Positions 27,872 to 38,700 of a stretch of DNA of 64,000 nucleotides are shown here, in pieces. The notes under the pieces were generated by a model. That model did no database searches and was not told where the DNA came from. It worked only from the letters and a program-made list of their open reading frames with translations. Source of the stretch: Hypanus sabinus (Eukaryota); assembly GCF_030144855.1 (NCBI RefSeq), contig NC_082726.1:38502001-38566000 (forward strand). The letters are read 5' to 3'. The translations under genes and the position numbers were made by a program. The stretch's first letter is position 1; each line of letters starts with the position of its first letter.

Positions 27872-28375
27872 CCTACCGCCCCTGTACAAGGGAACTGCTC
27901 ACCGCCCCCCCCCCCCCCCCACACACACACACACACACACACAACCAGCGGCCGCTGCGCGAGCCCAGCCCGGGGGTGGGGGGGTTGACGCGCGCGCGTT
28001 CAGGGCTTTTGCGCCCAGTCGAGGAGTTCTGGAGCCGAGCGGTGGCAAGGAGGTGTGGGGGGGGGGGGGGCACACCCAAACCAACTCTCTTTGCCTGCTG
28101 CTACGCTCGCCTGAACATCTCCGCTGCTAAACACGAAGCACAAAGCCTTGTTTGCATCTCGCACCTCGGGAGGGCGGAGAGATATATAACAAATAAAAGC
28201 AAAACCAACGCCGCTCCACTTACTTATCCAAGACAAAGTACAGATCGAAAGCTCCGTGACAGGACGGTTTGTCATCGGCTTTGTCCTCCGGGCCAGGAGT
28301 CGAGGAGCAGCGGGCGCTCAGAAGCAGCAGCGCGCTCAGCGCCGCTCTGCAGACGCCGCTTGCACACCTCGCCAT
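1562..28375 (-). CDS. ANTXR1: Anthrax toxin receptor (ANTXR1-like; by synteny the ANTXRL orthologue), spliced, partial. Exons 28375-28224, 6426-6355, 6269-6198, 4937-4856, 4739-4706, 2785-2706, 2616-2548, 1882-1802, 1622-1562; the gene continues beyond the window start
   Basis: Nine exons join in frame with GT-AG boundaries (152,72,72,82,34,80,69,81,61 nt). They give a signal peptide plus vWA domain: [17 protein letters not shown]...[12 protein letters not shown]...[10 protein letters not shown]...[12 protein letters not shown]...[20 protein letters not shown]...[20 protein letters not shown], which closely follows ANTXR1. Paralogue assignment is uncertain. Confidence 0.93.
1802..1882 (-). 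CDS. ANTXR1: ANTXR1-like exon 8
   Basis: [27 protein letters not shown]; 81 nt. Confidence 0.93.
2548..2616 (-). CDS. ANTXR1: ANTXR1-like exon 7
   Basis: [23 protein letters not shown]; 69 nt. Confidence 0.93.
2706..2785 (-). CDS. ANTXR1: ANTXR1-like exon 6
   Basis: [26 protein letters not shown] (MIDAS Asp); 80 nt. Confidence 0.93.
4613..4692. mobile_element. 80-bp hAT/Charlie-like MITE
   Basis: TIRs CAGGGGTTCCCAAC / TTTGGGAAGCCCTG, internal inverted CCACGGACC/GGTCCGTGG, imperfect 8-bp TSD acctaatg/ggctaatg. Confidence 0.75.
4706..4739 (-). CDS. ANTXR1: ANTXR1-like exon 5
   Basis: [11 protein letters not shown](G); 34 nt; ttttacag acceptor, GTAAG donor. Confidence 0.9.
4856..4937 (-). 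CDS. ANTXR1: ANTXR1-like exon 4
   Basis: [27 protein letters not shown] (MIDAS Thr); 82 nt, AG/GT flanks. Confidence 0.92.
6198..6269 (-). CDS. ANTXR1: ANTXR1-like exon 3
   Basis: [23 protein letters not shown](R); ctttcag acceptor, GTAAGT donor; 72 nt. Confidence 0.93.
   Translation of the reverse strand, partial: SPAADVFYCFLFSKQNFDEADRR
6355..6426 (-). CDS. ANTXR1: ANTXR1-like exon 2
   Basis: tttttcag|A TCA GGA AGT...; (K)[23 protein letters not shown](S); donor AG|GTATT; 72 nt. Confidence 0.93.
6720..7345 (-). mobile_element. Degenerate LINE (CR1/L2-like) RT C-terminal fragment
   Basis: Minus-strand remnants resembling ..[14 protein letters not shown]; heavily decayed, approximate bounds. 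Confidence 0.45.
8205..8295 (-). mobile_element. Penelope-like 3' terminal fragment with degenerate hammerhead motif
   Basis: Minus strand CAGTC-CTGATGA-AGGGTCTCAGCCC-AAAACATC followed by the family tail tgctgcctgacctgc. Confidence 0.65.
8525..9350 (-). mobile_element. Penelope-like retroelement 3' fragment (GIY-YIG endonuclease remnant + pyrimidine-rich 3' region + tail)
   Basis: Minus strand reads ...[39 protein letters not shown], then PVANHFNS in a shifted frame (GIY-YIG pattern); tail ...ctgctgagttcctctagcattttgtgtgtgtt. Confidence 0.8.
9583..9752 (-). mobile_element. CR1 3' end fragment
   Basis: Minus-strand [24 protein letters not shown], the typical CR1 ORF2 C-terminus. Confidence 0.75.
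11785..12990 (+). mobile_element. Decayed CR1 RT fragment interrupted by an ~870-bp insertion (11841-~12705)
   Basis: [10 protein letters not shown] at ~11811-11840; the CR1 frame resumes near 12720 (IDKWELMDV...VPQ...FINYLDE). The insert begins with attcaaagattcaaag and ends gccatcttc, like a reversed non-LTR-derived repeat. Confidence 0.55.
13070..14100 (-). mobile_element. CR1 LINE 3' fragment (RT C-terminus + 3' UTR)
   Basis: Minus strand [16 protein letters not shown] and LLPGLE-like motifs, with a CR1-type tail (gaacaatacagcacaatacaggc). Confidence 0.85.
14386..14414. repeat. (TA)n microsatellite
   Basis: tatatata run at the left end of the Tc1. Confidence 0.95.
14415..16448 (+). mobile_element. 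Tc1/mariner (IR/DR type) transposon with disrupted transposase; outer left TIR missing
   Basis: Transposase from ATG 14712 ([29 protein letters not shown]), [33 protein letters not shown] and DLNP motifs, with stops and frameshifts. 14417-14472 is the reverse complement of 16301-16356. The right end reads ggggtttgaatactttttataggcac. Confidence 0.9.
15721..16276. mobile_element. Solo LTR nested in the right arm of the Tc1
   Basis: Starts TGTAAC, ends ATTATA (degenerate TTACA); tttg duplicated on both sides; the Tc1 sequence resumes seamlessly after it. Confidence 0.65.
17195..17865 (+). mobile_element. Decayed CR1 RT fragment
   Basis: [39 protein letters not shown] and QMEFN remnants. Confidence 0.8.
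17866..20460 (+). mobile_element. Rex1/Babar-clade LINE, degenerate (APE endonuclease + RT)
   Basis: [81 protein letters not shown]; many frameshifts. Confidence 0.88.
20490..20875 (-). mobile_element. Tc1 transposase 3' fragment (same family as 14415-16448)
   Basis: [48 protein letters not shown]; internal DR aagtattcacccc. Confidence 0.88.
23390..23532 (+). mobile_element. Penelope-like tail with inverted junction
   Basis: cccttcgtcagg|acgtagggcctcggcccaaaacgtcgac...agatgccgcctggcctgctgtgttccaccagcattttgtgtg. Confidence 0.65.
26100..26520 (+). mobile_element. CR1 3' end fragment
   Basis: [28 protein letters not shown] pattern and a CR1-type tail. Confidence 0.8.
26700..27760. repeat. Highly diverged ~20-bp minisatellite-like array (core tctcacccagtgccagca)
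   Basis: Recurrent tctcacccaataccagcatc, tctcacccagtgccagcacc, tctcacccactgccagcatc; interrupted by a SINE-like insert at ~27470-27645. Confidence 0.5.
27836..27942. repeat. Two (CA)n microsatellites flanking a poly-C run
   Basis: Seen directly. Confidence 0.95.
28224..28375 (-). CDS. ANTXR1: ANTXR1-like coding exon 1 (signal peptide + start of vWA)
   Basis: ATG in strong context (AGAATGG); [50 protein letters not shown](K); donor AA|GTAAGT. Confidence 0.92.
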
Positions 28376-28579
28376 TCTCAGCACATGAACTATTAACCCC
28401 CTCACCCCCCAAATATAGCCCCACTCAGACGTATGTACGACAGCAGCCGGAGCCTGGGGCTTTGCTATTGCTTTGGACAAAATTCCAACGAATGATTTTG
28501 CTTCTCCGCAAATTGGCGTTCGCGGAGCACGTCAGCCCGAGATTCCCCTGCGGTCAGACTGACGTTTGCTCAGCCCACT

Positions 28580-28850
28580 GCAGAGGCGCCAACTGCTCAC
28601 TGCAGCTTGGGTTCAACCCCGTCCCACGCATTACACTGGCAGCCAGTGCAGTCCAGCATTGGATTATCCTCTGTCCGCGTCCCTGCACCGTAGCCAGTGC
28701 ACTCTGGTCTGGGATCACTTCACGTCTTGCTCCCGGCACCGGCAATATTGCACTTCTGCCTGGGATCAGCCCGCATCTTGTTCCCTGCACTGCAGCCAGT
28801 GCACTCTTAACTGGGATCTCCCCCATCCCGATTTCTGAAGCCTGGGTCCA
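28580..28850. repeat. Diverged ~51-bp tandem repeat upstream of ANTXR-like exon 1
   Basis: Units like tccctgcactgcagccagtgcactcttaactgggatc at ~28680, ~28731 and ~28782. Confidence 0.6.
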
Positions 28851-31800
28851 ACCCGTTCCTTTTCATTGGTTTTTTATGTTTCTTTCTACTTACTGTGAAT
28901 GCCCGCAAGAAACGAATTTCAGGGTTCTATATGGTGGCATATGCAAATAAATCATATGCCATAATAAATTTATGATAATAAATTTACTTCGAACTTTTGA
29001 ACTTCGCCCTGACAATTAATGCACTCCCACTTGGTACCGATCCTGTCTCCTTCCTGCAATGACAAGTAGTTGCAATATGGCCTGCTAACAACGCCCGTTC
29101 AGTGTCCAGCCCTGGCAATCGGAGTATTGCAGACTTGGAGGGTCCCCAGCGCCCTCCATACACTGGCGACGTGGATTTCATTCTGGGATCACCCTCTTCC
29201 GCTCACTGCAACTTGCAGTATCGTCCCCTGCTATTGCTATTGATAATGCTTCTAATTCCAGTCCAGTGTATTGAACTGGTAGCCAGTGCACTGCCCATTG
29301 CAACTTGAGACCAGTCTGTACCGCTCTTTGGCACTGCCAACCAACTCACAGAGAGTGCTATGCTGGTTGTCAGTTCAATAAACTGAACTGGAATTAGAAT
29401 CATTGTCAATAGCAATTTTGAAAGAGATCATTGGAGCTGGAAAATGTGGCAGGATTGTGAAGAAGTGCACGAGAATTGTGTTGTTGGTCACAAAGAAAAC
29501 ACGACCACGATGGGCCGAATTACGTTATTTGCTGCCATGTGTTTTTACACATTCAACCCATAAAGTGCTTTTAATTAGCCTACGTGAGCAAACCTTAATG
29601 TAGTCTCATATCGCAATAAGTTTGTAACTGTTCAGTCTAATTTTATTATGTCCCAGCGTTCCCAAAGCTTCTCACTCTTACATCAATAACAGCATCCTTT
29701 AAAACGATTACACAAGTTACTCGACAAACTCAAATATTTTTAAATGATTATTTTATTTTACGAAATTATCATTATTTAATGTTCATGTTCATTAACTGAG
29801 TAAGGCGCTGAGTTTTTAAATTTAACACGTAAAGCTGGAGTTGCAGGGGTGTTACTGCGACATTCATGATTAATCATGAGTTCGGGTTTCTGACCTGAAA
29901 GTCGCAGGAGGTTTCCAAAAACACCATGCAATATATAATAATTAGTAAGAGGGCGCTTGAGAGATAAAGTGCAAACGATAGGAAATGTTATCGTGAAATA
30001 ATATTGTTATGTTCAATTACGTCCAATAAAAGTATTCTTTCATCAGACTGAACAATATAGGCATTGTGTTTCTGCGTCTTGTTGTTGAGAAATGTTTCTC
30101 CTGCTGCGACTCCTAAAGCTGAATGATAATTCATATTTATCCTCAAGTAAGTAGATCGTCTTTCAAAATGTTATCAGGTCAGCCCATTTCTAGGGCATCT
30201 TAAGATAACTTCTGCAAACGGACTTATTTATTTATATCCTCAAATTCATCAATGAAGTGTTACTTTTGAAACGTTTGTTACTGTTGGCATCAAAGTTGAA
30301 ACACCACAGATTTGTAGTGAAAAGGGTTAAAGAGTACACGCAGTTCCCGATATCCAATCAGTCTGTTGCCTCGATTTCCAGCTTAAACATGTAAATAAAC
30401 ATGTGGTAACGTAAATCACATTTTCGCATTTTCAGTCACAAGCAAATTTGTACATTGCTTGACATTATTAATACCTGGGAGTTTTGAACTTCTGAACGCA
30501 AAGTGCCCTGTCGTTTTAATTTAGCATATGCCGAGCAGGATGTACATTGGAATTACAAATAAACAGAGTTAATATTGTTATCTCGGTAACTGTCAGAATG
30601 GAGACAGAATATTAAAGTTGAAAATGCAGTGCGTATCTTCGTGTTCATGTATGAAAATGCTAAAATAGTACAGATGTAAACAGTTCCTGATGTAAACAAA
30701 CAAATCTTAGCAGAGATTTTGTTAAAGAACAACTGCGAAATGCTTACATAAAATCACACCGAAAGATTGAAAATGGGACCGTGAATTGAGAGACTTAAGT
30801 TAAATTGTAGCATTTTACTAAGCATCCCTCTTTTAAATCTAATTCACAGCTCCCAACGTATAATCATTGCATTGAAGTTCCGTTCTATAGAAGACTTGAA
30901 CTACTTCATTGTCAAATTATTCATTTTGGCTTTATTAATGGAGAACATTTCTCCACGATGCTGCTCTTAAATGTAAAAGCAGCTCTTAAAATTTGACTTT
31001 TTGTCATATAAGCAGGCATTCTTTCAGCGATGGGGTGCATCTTCATTCACGGCTACACAACTACCCGATGAACATTAATCAAAAGGGTTGGTTATTTCAG
31101 ATGTCAAGATGTTCATAGGAATTTTCTGTCAGGCGTTGACACGCCTTTATTTGGAACGACATCTTTCAAAAGTGATGTTGCTCTTTGAACTGTAGGCATA
31201 TTTGATTGTGACAAGATATTTGGCCATTATAGAAGCATTTTTACATAAGCAATTCGCAGATGACTTTTACATGGAACGAATTAGACAATTGACCAGGAGC
31301 AGTCTGTCACGCAATAGTGATTTCGCATATTTACCGATTAAATGCAACTTGTTTATCAAGCAACATTATATAACTAATTCTAGGACAGGAAGAATTAAGA
31401 ATACAGTGTTCGTAATGGACAGTTGCATCAAAAACCGTTTTTTAGAAATATATTTTAGAATGTTTTAACGAATGTTAGAAGTTACCTACAGAGCTTCGTT
31501 TAACCAACGATAAATAGCCCACCATCGCAATTTGTGTCCAGGTGAATTGGTAAGTATTCTATAGCACTTTAAATATCATTCCGAAGGGATGAAGCTGGGA
31601 ATTAATTATTGTATGAAATGTTTACAGGAAAAAGTCTTGTTTAGATTGATACGACTAATTCCCGGAAGACTCTGTACTTTTTGATAAAATTTTCTTATTC
31701 TTTTACACATACAATGGTTACAAATATAATCCCATTTCAGGAACTGCTTGAACAAGAATTATAGCAATTATTAGAACAACGAATAAAATATTTTTAAAAA

Positions 31801-33576
31801 TGCAACGTTTTCTCTCAAGCAAGTGGCGCATTTCGGATGTAATTATCTCGCTGCGTGGAATTGTAACTTGTGCAACGAAAGTTTTTTTTTAAATTCTCCT
31901 GAATCTAAAAGACTTCTGAGTGACAAGTAGCTGCGCCGTTTTATAATGAGCATTAACTGAATTAGTCTAGTGTTTTTTTATCTGGCAGAATTAGTCATAA
32001 ATAATGCAGTAACCCGCTGGTTTATAAATATTAGTACAGAAGTCCGTTCTTGTGAATCAACCCGCCGTCATCACTTGTCACGCTCTTGTTAAATATGCAC
32101 AACAGACTCCAAAGTGGTTTTCCTTTCTTAAAATGCATTTTGTAAAATTCACATCCATCAAAAAAACAGTGGTACAAATTAGTTACACTGACGTTTTCTT
32201 CCAGCAGAGTTATTAAATCTTGCGAACTTTCGTATTCAATAAGTTTTTTTTAAGATCTGCGACTGCTCTTTCATTGCTTAGTAGATTTAAGATCGGCTAG
32301 AACGGCGAACACAAAAATAAAGACATTAAGTTAGCGTTTGGAACGCATAATGTGTAAGCGAAGAAATTCGGAATTTGTCACTCTTCACAGAAACAAGATC
32401 ATTTCAGACTGCTTTTGCGCTGATACAGGAAAAGGCTTAAGCACGATTGTCTTCAAATAAGTCAAATATTATTGCTATTATTCTTAAGGAGTAATCGCTA
32501 TCATTGTTTAGAGCTTCATAAAATTCAATGTACTCTGTCTAAGATAACGGTTGGACATAAATATGTAATATTTAGCATTTGACCTTAAACCAGGTGGTTT
32601 AAATAACCCAAATAGATATTATCACTTCTAATCATTATAAACGGTATGCACCAGATTCCATGTGTTATAGAAAATATTTTAGAAGCTATTAAATATTTCT
32701 TTAATGCATTACAATTGTTGGTTTCCATGTTTTCATTAATAGGTTGCTCCATATAACCACCAATGAAAGTGCCAATTGAGAGTGCATGCAAGCGGAAGAG
32801 CCCAGGGATTGCTTGGCACGCTTCAGTGAACAAATGATCTTGCAAAGGAAAGTGTCTTTTACAGCGGGACAAACTGTCATTTCCACGCAGCGCTCGCCAG
32901 CGTCACTCTCACTTTCAGGAATCAATAGACATCACAGCGCCCAAAGAAGGTCCTACCTGAAGGAGAAATTGAAGAAATCGATTCCAAAGAGCCATCGACT
33001 GGCATTGGTAAATGCAAGCGGGGTTTGTGTTTGTCTGTAGGTGCCGACTGTCTGTGGGTATTTTATACGAGTATATGTTGTAGACTTGTGATAAATCTTC
33101 TTTCCGTTCTGGCCAACAGTCACGTTTTAAATACCGAGACTGGAATCTGAGAGCAATCTACATAATTTAACTATCGCAAATCAGGAAGGTGCTTTATTTG
33201 TAACCTTTTAGGTGCTAGCTTATCTGTTTAATCGAATACATTTAATAAATCAGAAACCGTTATGATCATGTGGAGCTTGATATGGTTAAATCGCGATTAT
33301 TCAGCCAGGATTAAGAACTGCGTTCATCTTGAATATAAATTCATTAAACGCTACTGCTAAGTCTATATTTTAAAATATATATTTTAAATTACTTAAAACA
33401 ATCCGAGCGGTAACAAGTAACAGTCTTTGACTACGCGCAAAGTGACGATTTTAAACATGATCGTTGCTGGTGATGGTGTATAAGAAAGGTCGGAACTAAC
33501 AGGCAGACAGATGGACAGACAATGGGGATCAGACTCAGTGAGCTGATATGCATCAAATGAACAATCCTCTGACTTT

Positions 33577-33706
33577 NNNNNNNNNNNNNNNNNNNNNNNN
33601 NNNNNNNNNNNNNNNNNNNNNNNNNNNNNNNNNNNNNNNNNNNNNNNNNNNNNNNNNNNNNNNNNNNNNNNNNNNNNNNNNNNNNNNNNNNNNNNNNNNN
33701 NNNNNN
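33577..33706. other. Assembly gap (130 N)
   Basis: Run of N, flanked on the right by a (GA)-rich tract. Confidence 0.99.
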
Positions 33707-35569
33707 AGGGAGAGAGAGCGAGGGGAGAGAGAAACGCATTCACCCACATCGCTTATACTTTTGTGAGCGTTTAGACCAGTCGATATGCCAGGTTCAATCA
33801 GATCACTATGAATAGGCACCAAACAGTGCGTCTGCAACATGGTTTAAATGTTGAAAGCAATCTAATAACGTAGCAACTTAGCAATAAGTTCTCCATCTCT
33901 AGAGTTGGCTGTGAAAAACGGCGGCCTCTATTCAGTGGGAAATATTTATATTGAGATTACTTCCAACAGTCTGAAGTACTCTCTGAAGTATACTAAAAAT
34001 AATTATGTTGATGTTGGCATCTTTGTGTCAAATTGATTTTGCACGCGTGTCACTTGGTATTGTGGAACAAAAGACAAGCTGCGGGGAAAGGCGAGGACTG
34101 AATGAACAGTAAAATACGGTATCATGCTTCCAAGTGTCACTTGACTCAGTAAGACCCGAGAAGTTTTTTTCACACTGTGCCGAGAGAGCAGAGGTGCGAA
34201 CCGGGTTGAATAGACCTGCTTTGTACTGTTGAGAGTCATCAGAAAAGCACGTTAATGCCACAGTCCGTTAGCTTCTAACCGAAGCGACAACCGAGAGAAC
34301 ACGGCAAATCCTGATAAAAACAATTAACCGCAAGGGATGAAATACTCTTTGTTTGATTTTATATTATATATAATGTATATTATATCTTTACTAATTTATG
34401 CCACTGGCCTTAATGAATGCCGTGGAAGTAGTCATCCAGCTCCATCTCTCAGTTCATTAGTTTTCGCATTTAATTTAGGTCTCGGCTCCATACAATGCTG
34501 ATGATAAAAACGCTCAATATAATAAAAGGTCGCTCAGAATTGTCACAAGTTATCAATATCGCTTCGGCTGATAAGCATAATAGCATCAATTGCGAAGAAG
34601 GTTAGGTAAAATCATATAGTCTCAATTACAGTAACAAGAATGAAAAATGATTGATAACTTTATTATGCTTGCACTGCGCCGGGTTGTCTCTTTTCGTGAG
34701 CAGTGTTTCAGGCACAATGTCAGAAGCACAAAGTATACTCAACAAACGCAATGGTTTTGTTTCACTGATTTACAAGATGATGAACATTCTTCCACGGTCA
34801 ATACATTTAATTTCAATTGTATTTAATGTTTATCATGTCAATATATATCACATATCGACGGCTCTTTCTCATAACTACTCCCAATTCATGAAATTAACAT
34901 TTTAAAATCTTAATCCGCACAATTAAGCATATGCAGTAGCGAACATATCATTTGTAGCTTTTATCTTTTTTAAAAATACTACAATTATGCTTTGATATAT
35001 CATAATTTTACCAAATAATTTAGACGAGTCGTTTTATTCTGTAGCCCAGAACTTGAACCTATTTCTTAAAAGCAGTTTGCACCAACGATTCACTTACGGT
35101 TAAATTTCTGCGGTAATGATTAGTGGAGATTAGGAAGGGAATAAATGAAGATGATTTGGTAAATGGGCTAACACAATAAGCATTATTGATAAACAAAATA
35201 GCATTTTATAAACAGATTTTTGGGAAATTCGGATTTAAGCTATCATAGCTTGAATAGTTGTATAAACTTGTTTTTTTTTAAATCAAGAATGAAATATGTA
35301 GCATCCTGATCTTTCGCGGGTTACAAGCTCGGTAATCGTCTGTTGTAAAATAGGAGTATATCGCTTAATAATACTTAAGGGCGCAATATTTCGAAAAGTT
35401 GCTGGTTCTAATTAATCGTTTCATGTGAATAAGTTGAAGATCGTATTTGTGCAAAGTAGATATTTCTTAACTTCCACCCATCTAAACGTCTCAAGTGACA
35501 GGTATAATCCCACATGCACCACGAAAGTAAAGAAATTAACCCGTTTTATCTTTATGTCACAGGTGAATT

Positions 35570-35785
35570 ATGGAACTTACCCCTTTCTCTAAGGGGCTAT
35601 GGACAGGTGACAATAAATTTCTGCATCATCACTTCACTGACATACTAACAAGTGTGCACATTACCCGGGAGATCCCCGAAGATGCTGTTTTCGGTCCCTG
35701 CATCCTCCAGAACAACTTTTACGACACAATCGCGTTCATTGCCTTGAAGTCTTCAGATCGGAGATGTGTACCCTATGTGTTCCGG
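35570..35785 (+). CDS. ZNF488: ZNF488 coding exon 1 (PR domain, N-half)
   Basis: Acceptor tcacag|GTGAATT ATG (exon starts 35563, implying an upstream non-coding exon); donor CGG|GTGAGT. Confidence 0.9.
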
Positions 35786-38700
35786 GTGAGTGCCCTCTAA
35801 TCCAATACGACACAAATCTTTAAAATTTCACATTGGGAGCTAATTGTCTATGACACTTGAAGGAACATCAAACCACAGCCCAACTATACGAACTAACTGT
35901 CTCGCCAAAGCTCAAGATTAAAAATCTACTTTTATAATTATTACAATATTGATAGGATCAAAACTTGGAAGAGATTTATGTAAAAGTCAAAATCATAGTG
36001 GTGGTCTCCAGTTGAAAATTGGATGTCATATCAGAATGAAGTGAAAGATATTTTGCATTAACTTGACACCTTTGTGAATTTAGATCATGGAAAATTGAAA
36101 ACGTATTTACAGAGTCTGACCTGAATTTTTCAGGAATTGATTAGAAGTTTTCTTCCGTGCAGGTGGATATAACTGCGTTGAATAGTTCCACGGATGGGTT
36201 GTCTTGGTTGCGGCTGGTACAAGCGGCGAACAACGCCAAGGAGCAGAACTTGGAGGCTTACCTGAAGAGCGGACAACTGTATTACCGCTCTACGCGGAGG
36301 ATTAGAAGGGACGAGGAGCTCTTCGTGTGGTACGACAACGAACTCTCCACGCTCCTCGGCTTCACTGATATCAAAACTCGTACTGGCTCAAACAGTGAGT
36401 AATCCGGACACCACGCAAAGCTTTAGGATGACGCCAGCCAAGATGAAAGAAAGAATAATGCATTTTACCGTCGTCAGTCTGAGTTCAGATGAAAACCAAA
36501 AGCGACTTTGTTCAAACTGATTTTCATAAATAGGGCCTCAAAATGAAAAAGCGAAATTAAATAACCCACAATCGTTAAAAAAGGCCTATAACTTGAAATG
36601 AGAAGTTTTTTAATGTATTATTTTTTTGAAAATACTCTCAAAACGGATTTTTAGAGCAACATAATGAAATTAAGTATCATAGATCCCAACTACATATGAT
36701 TGCTACAATAAATCAGGAGGAGATCTGGCAAATCTCACATCAGATTACAAGGCGAACTGACCAAACCAAAATCGAACAATTTAGCACCGATTGGCCACTG
36801 AAAATCACGCGAGAATGGATAAGCCACACTTTATAGAATTGGATACACTGATATTTGGGTTGAAAGGCATGGTTGGAGAGTTCAAAAGAAGTCTGCCTCA
36901 AAAGTAGATGCCACCTTGCTTACGTCATTGTTACACATGGCAATACATCACATTATTTTAAGGAGCTTTCTTTCGTATCATATTATCTAATACAACTTCT
37001 CGATTATAAATTTGTGTGTTAGGATAGCATTGTTAACGTGACGGTGCTGCCAGAAAAATGAGATAATCTTTGGAGGGCTTGGTGTTATATTTGATTACTT
37101 GTAATTGCCCCATTTTCTCCCATTTCGCGGAGGTCTTGCCGTTCCTAGATAGCTATCCTGTTAAAGTGCTACAGAAAATGCACCATAACTTTATTATCAA
37201 TTCGTGTCCACGTGCAAGGATTAGCAGGAAATATTTATCCCGTTTACCTTAGAGTTAACAATGCTTTTAAATTTCTTTATTTCTACCCCACTGTTTATTT
37301 TAATCGTTCTTTGACTTACATGTCAACAGCATAGAAATGAAGACCCAGAGTAATAACTGCTTGGATCTCAAATATAGCAACTTAACCCATATTGTGGCTA
37401 CCACCCGTTTTGACAGAATTGTCTGTTTTTGACAGAATTTCCTGTTTTTGACAGAGCAGCAAAAATCGAACAAAAATAGGAGAAAAGATCTCTTTTTTTT
37501 GCAAAATAGCATGAAGTATCTCATATTTTATTGAGCTGTAACCAAGACCATTGGATTTATTGATCTTTTCTAAGCCAAATGGGAGGGAGTTGGTGTCGCC
37601 TCTCCAGAGACGTGAAAACATGACTTCTCCCCGAGAATTTAGTGCTGTATGTATGACCACCTTTACAAAGTCATGGAATTATTTTGTAGGAGTTTGCTGT
37701 TCTTCCTGAAGGGCTAGTGATGTTTAATCATTAAGCAAAGCCACTAAAATGTATACGTATTCGCCGTTTTCCTTATCCGTGTTTGCGGGATTGTGCAGAT
37801 TGGCTGGGAATTGCCATATTAGAACGGTGGCTATACTTCAATATTAGACTTAAAACTTAAAGACTGTTCTTGGGGTCTGGAAAGTGAAATCTGCGTGCAA
37901 GGAATGGGACACGGCGGTCTCGCGGTTTACAGATCCAGCTGTCGGAAGATGTGGGTTCAATTCCCGCCGCAATATGTAAGGGGTTTTCCTCCTGACATTC
38001 TCCCTCTGACCGGGAGGGTTTCCACCAGGTGCTCCATTTCCCCCTACGTTCCAAAGACCCCCGATTAGTGGGCATGCGATGTTATCGCAGAAAACCTTGG
38101 CGACACCTGCACATCGGACTGTGTTGGTCGTTGGCGGAAATGATCATTTCGTTGTATCTTTTAATATACATGTGACAAATCTTAAAGAACAGATTTTATT
38201 TCATTCGGTAAATGAATATTTCTGCAGTGGCACATTGAGAATGAGATGTTAACTTGTTTCATTGTTTTCGGCAGCATTCAGATGCGCGGACTGCGGCCAG
38301 GAACTGAAGTATGAAAATCCATATCTGGCCCACGTTCGATTCTTTTGCGGAAAGAGGAAGGATTATCTCTGGCGAGATTTTCAGACCCTTGGCTTTGGTC
38401 ACAGTGGCCTTTTTAAAGACCCTTCCAAGAACGCTGAGCTCAAAGATAAGAGCAAGGTGACCAACTTTCATAGGATCGCCCATGACTTGGAACACTCTAA
38501 GAAGAAATCAATGGCACAGGTCGAGGAGCGACCGCCCTCCGAAAAACACCCCAACAAGCGGAAACTAGAAGGTGCAGAGGACAACAAAAGCAGGAAAACG
38601 GTCTTATTGGAGAAAACAAATAACCTGGTGTGCGTCCAGAACGGAATTTCTAAAGATGAGCCAAGTGTTTTCCCGACGCTTGCGGTTTCTGTTTGGAAAC

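Larger units (their letters stand above)
27800..28700. promoter_or_regulatory. CpG island over ANTXR-like promoter/exon 1
   Basis: GC- and CpG-rich (cgcgcggccgcc, gacgcgcgcgcg, gcggccgctgcgcg) against the AT-rich, CpG-poor intron. Confidence 0.8.

Noticed and set aside
27737-28130. His-Thr and Cys-Val repeat ORFs
   Set aside because: Translations of (CA)n microsatellites
27976-28950. 324-aa plus-strand ORF
   Set aside because: Antisense to ANTXR-like exon 1, non-ATG start, runs through a GC-rich island and tandem repeats where stops are rare; no recognisable domain
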